Assembly (NCBI GenBank): GCA_003670455.1
Contig: QWRK01000001.1
Span: forward strand, 15,914-79,913
Direction of reading: 5' to 3'
DNA: 64,000 bases
DNA from: Candidatus Aquidulcis sp.
GTDB lineage: Bacteria > Chloroflexota > Limnocylindria > Limnocylindrales > Limnocylindraceae
Each line of letters starts with the position of its first letter. Within the stretch, counting starts at the first letter, position 1. The position numbers and the translations under genes were made by a program. The notes beneath the pieces are model-generated. The model saw nothing but the letters and a program-made list of their open reading frames with translations. It was not told the origin of the DNA and made no database searches. Shown here in pieces: positions 11,585 through 20,875 of the stretch.

Positions 11585-13115
11585 TACAGCGCGTGCCTTC
11601 GGGAGGGAGCGTGCCGCTCACCAAGAAGGTGATGGCGGCATCGTCAATGCAGGCGCTCTTCCCACCAACGGCAGTGTGTCCTTCGCCAACGAACGTCAGG
11701 AGATAGCCACTCTCGAGCAGGTCTGCCATGCGCTCGGACCAGGCATACGGGGTTGCAGGATCTCCGGTGGTACCCACCACCAAGATCGGCGCAGCGCCCG
11801 CACCGTTCACCAGGGTTGGTAGTGGATCGGCACTCTTGTATGGCCACACGCCGCAGAGCAGCCCACCTGAGGCTTGACCCGCGGCGAAGTCAGGCGCCTT
11901 GCTGGCGAACTTCTCGTAGATCGCCTTGTAGCGCGAAATCGTTGGCGTCGTTGGTGAATCGATGCAGCTGATCGCGGGGAAGGCCTCCATGATGTTTGAC
12001 TTGTAGGTGCCGTCTTCCGCGCGATCGAGATATGCGTCGGCAAGAAGGGTCAACAGGTATCCGTCGCCCTCACTCGCACCAGCGAGCCCCTGCACGGCGT
12101 AGTCCCAGTAGTCGCGGTTGTAGAGCGTCATCACAATGCCGGTCCAGGCGAGGACTGAGTTCAGCTTGCGACCATCTTCAAGTTCGATCGGCTTGTCATC
12201 TAGGTTGTTCATGAGGGTGTCGAAGGCGGCACGCGATTTACCCCCGCCAAATGGGCAGGCGGCATCGGCATCGCACCAAGCGAAGAGGCGATCGAGCGCT
12301 CCTTGAATGGAGACTCCCTGTTCGCCGTACTCCGACTCATCAGTCGGCGCCATGTCAACGGCGCCATCAAGAATGAGGTGACCGGTCGACGTGGGGAAGA
12401 GGGTGGCGTAGACGGCGCCGAGGGCGGTGCCATAACTGAATCCGAGGTAATCCAGCTTCGGCACGCCGAGGCCGACGCGGATGCTCTCCATGTCACGCGC
12501 CGATGCAGTGGTGCCGATGTAGGCGAGCATCTCGCCGGTGCCCGCCTTGCACTTATCCGCGAACCACTGCGCGTCGTTCAGTGCTGCGGCCCAATCCGTT
12601 GCAGTCGGCTTATTCGGAATGCCAGGCGTGGCAGCCCAATCATCCATCTCCGTGTCGCTGAGGCACTCGACTGGTGCGCTGCGATTGACGCCGCGCGGAT
12701 CCCACGAGACGAGGTCGAAGCGATTACCGATCTCAGCAGGAACAACGCCGCGTCCTGACTCAGCAAGGATGTTGATCCCCGATGCACCAGGGCCTCCAAA
12801 GTTCAGGAGGAGTGGGCCAACCTTGTTCGCCTGGTCGGCGGCGGGGAGGAGGGCGACGGCAAGTTCAATCGTCGGGCCATCAGGCGTCAGGTAGTCGCGC
12901 GGCACGGTGATGGTGGCGCAGAGGAGCTCTGGGTTGCCGCCGGTAACAGGATCGGTAACGGGGCAGCTCTGCCAGTCGATCGTGCCGCTGGGGATGAAGC
13001 TGGCGGTTGGGCTCGGTGAGCTGCTGACCAGATCTCCACAAGCACTGGTCGCGAGGGCGACAGCGAGGAGCGCGACGATCGCGAGACGGGTGCGGCTCTC
13101 TGTGACCGTGCGCAT
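11577..13115 (-). CDS. Secreted alpha/beta-hydrolase peptidase (tripeptidyl aminopeptidase/S33-like), lipoprotein
   Basis: Lipobox 'LATSAC', 'GFSYGTALG' nucleophile elbow (GxSxG), TAP-like C-terminal region. Confidence 0.65.
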   Translation of the reverse strand: MRTVTESRTRLAIVALLAVALATSACGDLVSSSPSPTASFIPSGTIDWQSCPVTDPVTGGNPELLCATITVPRDYLTPDGPTIELAVALLPAADQANKVGPLLLNFGGPGASGINILAESGRGVVPAEIGNRFDLVSWDPRGVNRSAPVECLSDTEMDDWAATPGIPNKPTATDWAAALNDAQWFADKCKAGTGEMLAYIGTTASARDMESIRVGLGVPKLDYLGFSYGTALGAVYATLFPTSTGHLILDGAVDMAPTDESEYGEQGVSIQGALDRLFAWCDADAACPFGGGKSRAAFDTLMNNLDDKPIELEDGRKLNSVLAWTGIVMTLYNRDYWDYAVQGLAGASEGDGYLLTLLADAYLDRAEDGTYKSNIMEAFPAISCIDSPTTPTISRYKAIYEKFASKAPDFAAGQASGGLLCGVWPYKSADPLPTLVNGAGAAPILVVGTTGDPATPYAWSERMADLLESGYLLTFVGEGHTAVGGKSACIDDAAITFLVSGTLPPEGTRCND

Positions 13116-13216
13116 CGGTGGCCTCCTCTTTGTTTCGCCTCTTTGATCAGTTGTAGCAGAACGCCCCAGCCGCCAGAGGCGACCGGGGCGTGGTCTGCAC
13201 GAGGTTCCGCGTTAGA

Positions 13217-16198
13217 TCAGCTGCAGCCGCTCGTCGTGCCGCAGGTCATGCACTTGTAGCAGGCTGCATTGCGCACCATGATTGCGCCGCACTCCATGCA
13301 CGCCGGTGCATCGGACTGGTTCTGGAAGCCGAGCCCGGCGACCGCCAGCACACCGCCCGTTGCCGCAGGTGCGGCTGGAGCAGCTACTGGCGCTGGGGTG
13401 CTAATCGCGACGGGAGCCGAGACCGACCCCGTTGCGCTGCCGCCCTTGCCGCAGGTGCAGTTCGGACCGCACGACTCCACCGCACCCACGCGAACCGTGG
13501 CTGGGAGGGCGCCGAGGACCGGACCACCATCGGTGCGCTCCTGCAGGCCGAGGATCTCGCGATCGCCGGCTGGCAGGAAGCGGCTTCCGAGGTAACGGAA
13601 GACGTAGTCCACGATCGACTTCGCCAGTGGGATCTCGGCATTGCCGGTGAATCCGCTTGGCTCGAATCGCACGTGGGCGAACTTGTTGACCAGGTCACGG
13701 AGTGGCACGCCGTACTGGAGCGCCACGCTGACGGAGGTCGCGAAGCTGTCGACGAGGCCGCTCACGGTGGAGCCCTCCTTCGCCATCTTCAAGAAGATCT
13801 CACCCGGCTGACCATCCTCGTAGAGACCGACCGTGAGGTATCCCTCCTGGCCTGAGATCTCGAAGCGATGGGTGATTGCGGTGCGCTCCTTTGGCAGGCG
13901 TCGTCGCGCTGCACCGGCACCAGGCAAGATCGCAGAGGCGACTTCGGCAATTGCCGCTTCGTCCTTCTTCTTGCTGGTGTTGAGCGGCTGCGAGCGCTTC
14001 GAGCCGTCGCGATAGATCGCGATCGCCTTGAGGCCAAGCTTCCAGCCCTGCAGATAGACGCTCTCAATCTCTTCGGCGGTGGCAGCCTCTGGCATGTTCA
14101 CCGTCTTGGAGATTGCGCCGGAGAGGAACGGCTGCGCCGCCGCCATCATGCGCACGTGGCCCATGTACTGGATGGAGCGCTGGCCATTCTTCGCCTTGAA
14201 GGCGCAGTCGAAGACGGAGAGGTGCTCGTCCTTGAGGCCTGGGGCACCCTCGATCGTCTCCTGCTCGTCGATGTACTTGAGGATCGCGGCGACCTGCTCA
14301 GCGTTGTAGCCGAGCTTGACGAGCGCCTCTGGGACCGTCTGGTTGACGATCTTGAGGAAGCCTTCACCGACGAGCTTCTTGTACTTGATCAGGGCGATGT
14401 CTGGCTCGATGCCGGTCGTGTCGCAGTCCATCATGAACGCGATCGTTCCGGTTGGCGCCAAGACCGACACCTGTGCGTTGCGGAAGCCGTGCTTCGTGCC
14501 GAGGTCGAGTGCTCGATCCCAGGCATCGGTTGCCGCCTTGGCCAGGTCCTTCGGCAGCGTTGCCGTTGGGATCTGGTACGAGGCGTCACGGTGCTTGCCG
14601 ATCACGCGAAGGAACGGCTTCTCGTTCTTCTTGTACTCAAGGAACGGTCCGCCGTGTGCCGCCGCCGTCTCGGCTGACTGCACGTAGGCCTCGCCGGTCA
14701 TGATCGAGGTGATCGCGCCTGCGTAGGCGCGGCCCTCGTCGGAGTCGTACGCCAAACCGCGGCTCATCAAGAGCGCGCCGAGGTTGGCGTAGCCGAGCCC
14801 GAGTGGGCGGAAGCGGTGGCTGTTCTCGTCGATCATCGGCGTTGGGTACGACGAGTTGTCCACGAGGATCTCCTGCGCGAGCAGGGTCAGCCGCGAGGCG
14901 TACTTGAAGGACTCCACGTCGAACTCGCCATCTGGGCGCACGAACTTCATGAGGTTCAGTGAGGCCAGGTTGCAGGCGGTGTCGTTGAGGAACATGTACT
15001 CCGAGCACGGGTTCGACGCATAGATGCGGTCCGTGTTCGACGACGTGTGCCAATCATTGATCGCCGTGTCGTACTGAATGCCAGGGTCGCCGCAGACCCA
15101 CGCAGCCTCCGCCATCTTGCGGAAGACTTCGCGTGCCTTGAGCGTCTCTACCGGCTCGCCGCCAACAACGGCGCGTGTCTGCCACGTGCCATCGCTCTCA
15201 ACAGCCTGCATGAACTCGTCGGTGACGCGCACCGAGTGGTTCCCGTTCTGGAAGAAGATCGAGCCGTAGGCTTCGCCGGTGAAGCTGGCGTCGTAGCCGG
15301 CTTCAATGAGTGCCCAGGCCTTCTTCTCTTCGCTGACCTTGGAGTCGATGAACTGCTCGATGTCAGGGTGCTGCACATCGAGGATCACCATCTTCGCGGC
15401 GCGGCGCGTCTTGCCACCGGACTTCACAACACCAGCGAAGGCGTCAAAGCCCTTCATGAACGAGACAGGGCCAGAGGCGGTGCCACCACCGCTCATCTTC
15501 TCTTTTGCGCTGCGGATCGGGGAGAGGTTGGAACCTGCACCCGAACCGAACTTGAAGAGCATCGCCTCGGTCTTCGCGAGGTCCATGATTGATGACATCG
15601 AATCCTGCACACCATTGATGAAGCAGGCCGAGCACTGTGGGCGCTTCTCAACGCCAACGTTGAACCAGACTGGTGAGTTGAAGGCCATCTTCTGGTTGAC
15701 GAGCAGGTGGGTCAGCTCGGCAATAAAGGCGGCGCGGTCCTCATCGGACTTGAAGTAGTGCTGCTGCTCAGCCCACGCATCAATCTGACCGGCTACACGA
15801 CCGATCAGCTGGCGAACGCTCGTCTCGCGCTCTGGGCTGCCAATGTGGCCACGGAAATACTTCGAGACCACAACGTTGGTGGCGAGCTGTGACCATGAGG
15901 CGGGCACCTCAACGTCCTTCTGCTCGAAGACGCTCTTACCGCTCTCGTTGCCGATGGATGCGGTGCGGGTCTCCCACTGAATCTCGTCGTATGGGTGCGT
16001 ACCAGCGGTGGTCCAACGTCGATCCCAGGCAAGTCCCTTTGTGCCCTTGCCATCAAAGCTCAACGGTGGCAACGGCTGCGCCGTTGACTTCTCGATCGTT
16101 GCCTTTGTTGCTGCCTTCGCAGCGTCCACCAAGCCGGCCATGTTGCTCTCCCTCTTCTGCCTCGAAATGTGAGGCCCACCATCTCTGTTCCCAACCAA
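13217..16198 (-). CDS. nrdJ: Class II (adenosylcobalamin-dependent) ribonucleotide reductase NrdJ
   Basis: 993 aa, RNR PFL-like barrel motifs, Cys-rich C-terminal tail 'CGPNCTCG...CMECG...CMTCG'. Confidence 0.85.
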   Translation of the reverse strand: MVGNRDGGPHISRQKRESNMAGLVDAAKAATKATIEKSTAQPLPPLSFDGKGTKGLAWDRRWTTAGTHPYDEIQWETRTASIGNESGKSVFEQKDVEVPASWSQLATNVVVSKYFRGHIGSPERETSVRQLIGRVAGQIDAWAEQQHYFKSDEDRAAFIAELTHLLVNQKMAFNSPVWFNVGVEKRPQCSACFINGVQDSMSSIMDLAKTEAMLFKFGSGAGSNLSPIRSAKEKMSGGGTASGPVSFMKGFDAFAGVVKSGGKTRRAAKMVILDVQHPDIEQFIDSKVSEEKKAWALIEAGYDASFTGEAYGSIFFQNGNHSVRVTDEFMQAVESDGTWQTRAVVGGEPVETLKAREVFRKMAEAAWVCGDPGIQYDTAINDWHTSSNTDRIYASNPCSEYMFLNDTACNLASLNLMKFVRPDGEFDVESFKYASRLTLLAQEILVDNSSYPTPMIDENSHRFRPLGLGYANLGALLMSRGLAYDSDEGRAYAGAITSIMTGEAYVQSAETAAAHGGPFLEYKKNEKPFLRVIGKHRDASYQIPTATLPKDLAKAATDAWDRALDLGTKHGFRNAQVSVLAPTGTIAFMMDCDTTGIEPDIALIKYKKLVGEGFLKIVNQTVPEALVKLGYNAEQVAAILKYIDEQETIEGAPGLKDEHLSVFDCAFKAKNGQRSIQYMGHVRMMAAAQPFLSGAISKTVNMPEAATAEEIESVYLQGWKLGLKAIAIYRDGSKRSQPLNTSKKKDEAAIAEVASAILPGAGAARRRLPKERTAITHRFEISGQEGYLTVGLYEDGQPGEIFLKMAKEGSTVSGLVDSFATSVSVALQYGVPLRDLVNKFAHVRFEPSGFTGNAEIPLAKSIVDYVFRYLGSRFLPAGDREILGLQERTDGGPVLGALPATVRVGAVESCGPNCTCGKGGSATGSVSAPVAISTPAPVAAPAAPAATGGVLAVAGLGFQNQSDAPACMECGAIMVRNAACYKCMTCGTTSGCS

Positions 16199-16279
16199 CG
16201 ATTGGGCGCACAGAGCCCCTGCCGTGTAGCAGCGGGAGACGAATCCTATGTCCCCTGTGGTGTGGCGTCAATCCCCCAA

Positions 16280-16326
16280 CCACAACATATGGTGGTGTTA
16301 CAGGCGAGTGTTACCGCACATGTTGT
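16280..16326. promoter_or_regulatory. Two NrdR-box-like 16-mers spaced 31 bp apart upstream of nrdJ
   Basis: CCACAACATATGGTGG (16280-16295) and ACCGCACATGTTGTGG (16311-16326) match the acaCwAtATaTwGtgt consensus in 12/16 and 10/16 positions. Confidence 0.4.
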
Positions 16327-16422
16327 GGTTTGGCTGCATTTGGCCTTTGTTACAAAATCTGCCGCACGGAACACGCGCGGCCCACGCTCAGGCGGGGCGA
16401 TCCGGCGAGGGAGGGGGCTTTG

Positions 16423-17340
16423 TTACAGCCCCGAGTAGGTGTGGAGGCCGGTGAACCAGAGGTTCCCGGAGTAGGTCAGCAGGACCGCCACAAACCCGAT
16501 CACCAAGAGGAGGGCGGCGGGTCGACCCTGCCAGCCGCGCTGGCTGCGGGCGTGGAGGTAGACGGCGTAGATCAGCCAGGTGGCGAGGGCCGACGTCTCC
16601 TTTGGATCCCACCCCCAGAAGCGACTCCAGGCGATGGAGGCCCAGATTGACCCAAGGATGAGCATTCCGGCAAAGAGAGGGAAGGCAACAGTGACGGCGC
16701 GGAAGGCAACCAGGTCGAGGCGCTTTGCCGGTGGCAGCCAACTGTATCGATCGGTGTCGCCTTGGAGTAAGTAGGCAACACCTGCCGCGAAGGCGAAGGC
16801 AAAAATGCCGTAGCTGAGCATCGCCATACCAACATGAATAGTGAGAAGAAACGGATGCTGGAGTGCTGGCACCAAATCAACTACCGCATTCGGCAACGTA
16901 GTCGCGTACGCGAGCAGAGCGAGCGCCACACCGTAGGCGATGGTGCTCAGCGCTGGTAGACGCCGCTTGCGATCAAAGACGATCGCTGCGGCGCAGATAC
17001 CGAAGGCAAACGAAATCGTGAACTCGTAGAGATTCCCCCATGGCCCGCGTCCCACAACGATGGCACGTGTGATGAGCGCAACGCCCAGTGATCCGGTTGC
17101 GATGACGGCGAGTGCCGCTGCGATCGAACTGATCGTGCTTGACGATTCGGCGGCCGTCGGCGCGCCGCCATCAAGTTGCTCAGCGAGGTTGCCGCGCATT
17201 GATGCTGCGGCAGTCGCGAGTCGTGGCGTAACGGCGCGGTCGCCTTGAGCTACGAGAACAAGATGTACGACATAGAGGGCGAATGCGCCGACGAGGGCAA
17301 TGGCTCCAACAACGACGAGATAGAAGGAGAGCGTCGCCAC
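16423..17340 (-). CDS. ccsA: Cytochrome c assembly protein CcsA/ResC family
   Basis: WWD motif 'RFWGWDPKETSALATWL' and conserved His 'VYLHARSQRGW'; 8 TM. Confidence 0.7.
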   Translation of the reverse strand: MATLSFYLVVVGAIALVGAFALYVVHLVLVAQGDRAVTPRLATAAASMRGNLAEQLDGGAPTAAESSSTISSIAAALAVIATGSLGVALITRAIVVGRGPWGNLYEFTISFAFGICAAAIVFDRKRRLPALSTIAYGVALALLAYATTLPNAVVDLVPALQHPFLLTIHVGMAMLSYGIFAFAFAAGVAYLLQGDTDRYSWLPPAKRLDLVAFRAVTVAFPLFAGMLILGSIWASIAWSRFWGWDPKETSALATWLIYAVYLHARSQRGWQGRPAALLLVIGFVAVLLTYSGNLWFTGLHTYSGL

Positions 17341-17820
17341 TTAGGCGCGAGCCGCGCCGCCAGGAGGCGGTCCAGCGGGGCGCTCTACGGCGATCAGCGT
17401 TCGGGCGCGTAGCTCGAGGCCGCAGGCGTCGCAGGTGCTGCGCTCCGCCACTCGAACTGCGAGGCAGCTCGGGCAGGCGATCAAGAGCGGCTCGCCGCGG
17501 AGCGAGCGGGTGCTGCCATTCGGATAGATGGCCGCCTCACTGGCGGCGTACGGGCGCCCGGCGGGGAAGTGCGGTCGCCCATCGGCTCCGAGCGGAGCGG
17601 GGGTGGGGAGGGGTGCGCCGATCTTGAGCTGCGCTCCACGCTTAGTGATGCCGACCAGCGCCCAGATGCCACCCGTGGAGAGGAGCCAGAGCAGGACGAG
17701 GGGGGCGATAAAGAGCGGGAGCAGGCCGATCAGCGCCGCCCAGTCGGGGGTGACAAAGGCTGGGACGATCGTGCTCAGCCAGGCGAAGAACCCGGCAATC
17801 GCTGCGGCAATTTCACTCAT
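17341..17820 (-). CDS. Membrane protein with C-terminal CxxC...CxxC zinc ribbon
   Basis: Two N-terminal TM helices; 'CPSC...CDAC'; ends 1 nt before ccsA start. Confidence 0.45.
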   Translation of the reverse strand: MSEIAAAIAGFFAWLSTIVPAFVTPDWAALIGLLPLFIAPLVLLWLLSTGGIWALVGITKRGAQLKIGAPLPTPAPLGADGRPHFPAGRPYAASEAAIYPNGSTRSLRGEPLLIACPSCLAVRVAERSTCDACGLELRARTLIAVERPAGPPPGGAARA

Positions 17821-17829
17821 GGTTTGATC

Positions 17830-18333
17830 CTAGCGGGGGCGCGGCGGACGCGTTGAAGGGCCACGTTTCTGCGTCGCCCCACGCCCTGGACGCCAGCGTC
17901 GTTCGGCGTCGCCCTCATCTTTGCTTGGAGCCGCGCGCCGCGGACCGGATCCGCCGATGCTTGGGGGGCGTGCGCCCGTTCCAGCAAGGGGGGCACGCGG
18001 CGGGCCGCCGATGGCGTCGCGGAAGTAGCGGGCGCTGACGACGGAGGTGCCGAGGGCCGTGCACCGTGCGGCTAAGCCGCGGTCATCTGTAATGACAACG
18101 ATGCGGTCGGCCGAGCCAGGATCTGGCGCGCCGATCGCCTCCACGATCTGGTCATCGGCGGAGCGGGCACCCCCATCACGGAAGACCTCAATCGCGACCC
18201 CTTGGGTGATGATCCGGCGCAGCGTCGCCTCGAGGTTGTTGAGGCGCCCCTCATCCCGGCCACCGACGAGGTTGTTGCCGTCTACCAGCAGGCGCTTCGC
18301 GTTGCGTAGGGTGACGCGCTCCTGATCTACCAT
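17830..18333 (-). CDS. NYN/PIN-like domain protein (YacP-like RNase)
   Basis: 'LLVDGNNLVGG' start of YacP-type NYN domain, 'IVVITDD' acidic cluster. Confidence 0.6.
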   Translation of the reverse strand: MVDQERVTLRNAKRLLVDGNNLVGGRDEGRLNNLEATLRRIITQGVAIEVFRDGGARSADDQIVEAIGAPDPGSADRIVVITDDRGLAARCTALGTSVVSARYFRDAIGGPPRAPLAGTGARPPSIGGSGPRRAAPSKDEGDAERRWRPGRGATQKRGPSTRPPRPR

Positions 18334-18339
18334 CGCCTC

Positions 18340-19179
18340 ATGCTCCTTTGTGTTGACCTTGATGGGGTTGTCTACCGCGGCAGTGAGCCGGTCCTTGGCG
18401 TCGGCCCGCTCCTTACCGAGCGCGTGGCCGGCGGCGACCGCGTGATCTACGTCACCAACAACAGCTTCCTGCGCCGCGTTGAGTATCGCTCACGCATCGA
18501 GGCGTGTGGTGCGCCCCTCTCAACGCACGGCATCATCACCGCCGCCTCAGCCGTCGCGCAGCACTTTGTTGACGCGGGCTATCGCCACATCTTGGTCTAC
18601 GGGGCAGAGGGGCTCGCCGCCGAGCTGCGCGACGCTGGGCTCGACGCCTGCCGTACCGCCGAATTCGACGGACCTGAGTCGCTCGCGGTGTGGGGAGTGG
18701 ACGCGGTGACGGTGGGACTTGATCGTGAGTCCGATTGGCACGACCTCGCCGTTGCTACCGACGCCGTACGCGCTGGTGCTCCACTGATCGTGCCGAATCG
18801 CGACGCTAACTACCCAGACCCTGGTCGCCTCGTGCCGGGCACGGGTGCAGCGGTGGCGGCGCTCGAGGCGGCGACGGGGGTGCGCGCGATGGCGATTGGG
18901 AAGCCGGCCCCCGACCTGCTGCTGCAAGCGGCGGCCCTCGACGGGAGCGACATTCGCGACGCGATCATGATCGGCGACTCTCCCGCGACCGACATCGCTG
19001 CCGCCAATGCGGCGGGGTGTCGCTCCATTTTGCTAATGACGGGCGTTGGTGCCGGCGTTGGCGCGGTGCAGATCGGCGATCTACCGGCGGCGCAGCGGCC
19101 AACCTGGGTTGCGGGTGATGCGGCGGAGATGGCGGGCATCCTTGCTTCCGCGACAGCGAGCGGAGCTGCACGTGGCTAA
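18340..19179 (+). CDS. HAD-superfamily hydrolase, subfamily IIA
   Basis: 'LLCVDLDGVVYRG' motif I and HAD-IIA cap; start 6 bp from divergent NYN start. Confidence 0.75.
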   Translation: MLLCVDLDGVVYRGSEPVLGVGPLLTERVAGGDRVIYVTNNSFLRRVEYRSRIEACGAPLSTHGIITAASAVAQHFVDAGYRHILVYGAEGLAAELRDAGLDACRTAEFDGPESLAVWGVDAVTVGLDRESDWHDLAVATDAVRAGAPLIVPNRDANYPDPGRLVPGTGAAVAALEAATGVRAMAIGKPAPDLLLQAAALDGSDIRDAIMIGDSPATDIAAANAAGCRSILLMTGVGAGVGAVQIGDLPAAQRPTWVAGDAAEMAGILASATASGAARG

Positions 19180-20182
19180 CAGCTTCCTTGACCTCTGGCG
19201 CGCAGCGGGCCGGGAGCGCCACGCAGGGAAGACGGGGTCGCTCCCCGCCCCACTCGACCGACTGAACGGCGAAGCGTTGGCGGCACGCGACGGCGCACAC
19301 CCACTCGCATTCCTTACTGGTGCGGAACTCCTTACCCCGTGCACCGACGCGCTCTCGGGCTCGATAGAGGTGACACCTGGGAGCCTGGTCGGTGGTGAGA
19401 TTCATGCTCGCCTTCGCGTTCGTGCGACCAAAGAGATTAAGGCGCGAGGGACGCGCGTCTCTGTAAAGGGACACCTGGTGCGCGAGGTCACGCAAATGCA
19501 GACACAGAAGAACGGCGATCAGGAAATCACCACAACTTGGGTTGAAGTGCTTGCCACCGAGTTCGCCAACGTGCCACTGATGGAGATCGCCGTGCCGGCA
19601 ACGCTGGCCCCGGGCGACGAGATCGACCTCAAGATCCTTGCTCCCGCTCCAAAACTCGGGCCACCCTCTGTGCATCTCGGTGCCTACATGGTCGTGTGGA
19701 CGCTCCAGGTGGAGTGGGATATCGCTGCAGGCGGTGACGAGCGCGTGGCCGCCGTGGTCAACGTTGCGCAGAACCCAGACCTGCTGCGCTCCGGTGTGAT
19801 GTCGCTTGGGCCGTCGGCAATGATGGCCGCCTGGTCCGAGGGCGAGGTCTCCATGGATGTTGAACCGGCACCACCGATTGCTCCGGGTAGCGCGCTGCAG
19901 GTGAACGTTCGTTGGCCGAGCGCCTCTGGTGGCCGCGGCGCACGTGTCGAACTGTATGTTGAGGTGAAGATGGCGCCGGACGTGCGCATCGCCGCAGCAG
20001 AGTTGCAGACGAGTGACCTAGCGAAGGGGAGCCTTGTCACCTTTGAGATTCCGAGTGACGCCCCACCCGTGTTTGACGGAGTTAAGGGAGCGCAGTTGAC
20101 GGTGCGTTATCGCATTCGGGTGCTCATTGATCGACCGATGCGCAGCGACCTTGCTGCGGAGCGCAACGTGGTGATCGGCTAA
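19172..20182 (+). CDS. Hypothetical beta-rich protein (arrestin/Spo0M-like fold suspected)
   Basis: Long ORF with coding-like composition; start placed at GTG 19172 (8-nt overlap with HAD gene), uncertain. Confidence 0.4.
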   Translation: MANSFLDLWRAAGRERHAGKTGSLPAPLDRLNGEALAARDGAHPLAFLTGAELLTPCTDALSGSIEVTPGSLVGGEIHARLRVRATKEIKARGTRVSVKGHLVREVTQMQTQKNGDQEITTTWVEVLATEFANVPLMEIAVPATLAPGDEIDLKILAPAPKLGPPSVHLGAYMVVWTLQVEWDIAAGGDERVAAVVNVAQNPDLLRSGVMSLGPSAMMAAWSEGEVSMDVEPAPPIAPGSALQVNVRWPSASGGRGARVELYVEVKMAPDVRIAAAELQTSDLAKGSLVTFEIPSDAPPVFDGVKGAQLTVRYRIRVLIDRPMRSDLAAERNVVIG

Positions 20183-20814
20183 GCGACGCTGCGCAACGCC
20201 GTCACGGCGATGCTCGTTCCGAATCCGATAATGAGCATCTGACCAACGATGCGCGTCGCGGTGACCGCGCGCTCTGGAAGGATGCGACCCGCCGCCGCGC
20301 CAATCCCTCCCAACAAGAGTTGCCACGAGAGGCTTGCCCCCGCGGCACCAACCGTGAAGGCGACGGCGTTCAACGGATCACTTCCGAGACCGGGGAGCCC
20401 GATGGCGAGCGCCAGGAAGTAGAGGATCGTTGCAGGGTTGATGGCAGTGAGGGCGATAAAGCGCAGGTAGAGCTGTCGGGCGCTCCCGCGCACGCGCGGA
20501 TCGGTAGCCGCATCGGCGCTGGTGCTTGAGGTGCGCAGCGAGAGGAGTCCGCGCACCCCGATCGAGATCAGAATCCCGCCAGAGAGGATCTGAAGGGGGA
20601 CGAGGGCAACGGCAAGGAGCTGGTTCAGGAGACCGCCAACCACGAGCGCCAGCGAGCAGAAGAGGAGGTCAACCGTCGCCGCACCTGCGCCGGCGGCAAA
20701 ACCGCGGCGGAGGCCACCGATCATCCCCGTCTCAATGATGAGTACGGCGATCACGCCGACAGGAACAGCGATTGCGTAGCCTGCAAATACACCCGCGAGC
20801 AGTGCGTCAAACAT
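20179..20814 (-). CDS. LysE/RhtB-family amino-acid exporter
   Basis: ~210 aa, 6 TM, 'MFDALLAGVFAGYAIAVPVG'; start reassigned to ATG 20814. Confidence 0.65.
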   Translation of the reverse strand: MFDALLAGVFAGYAIAVPVGVIAVLIIETGMIGGLRRGFAAGAGAATVDLLFCSLALVVGGLLNQLLAVALVPLQILSGGILISIGVRGLLSLRTSSTSADAATDPRVRGSARQLYLRFIALTAINPATILYFLALAIGLPGLGSDPLNAVAFTVGAAGASLSWQLLLGGIGAAAGRILPERAVTATRIVGQMLIIGFGTSIAVTALRSVA

Positions 20815-20875
20815 CGGCGCATCATAGAGTAGAGCGGTGACCCGAAGGGGTCCCTGAAGGAAAAAGGGAGGTTTT

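Noticed and set aside
13190-14677. Plus-strand ORFs of 221 and 269 aa
   Set aside because: Antisense to nrdJ, whose motifs are unambiguous.
16199-16422. Cobalamin riboswitch upstream of nrdJ
   Set aside because: No B12-box-like motif was recognised. Class II RNRs are usually NrdR-regulated rather than B12-riboswitch-regulated.
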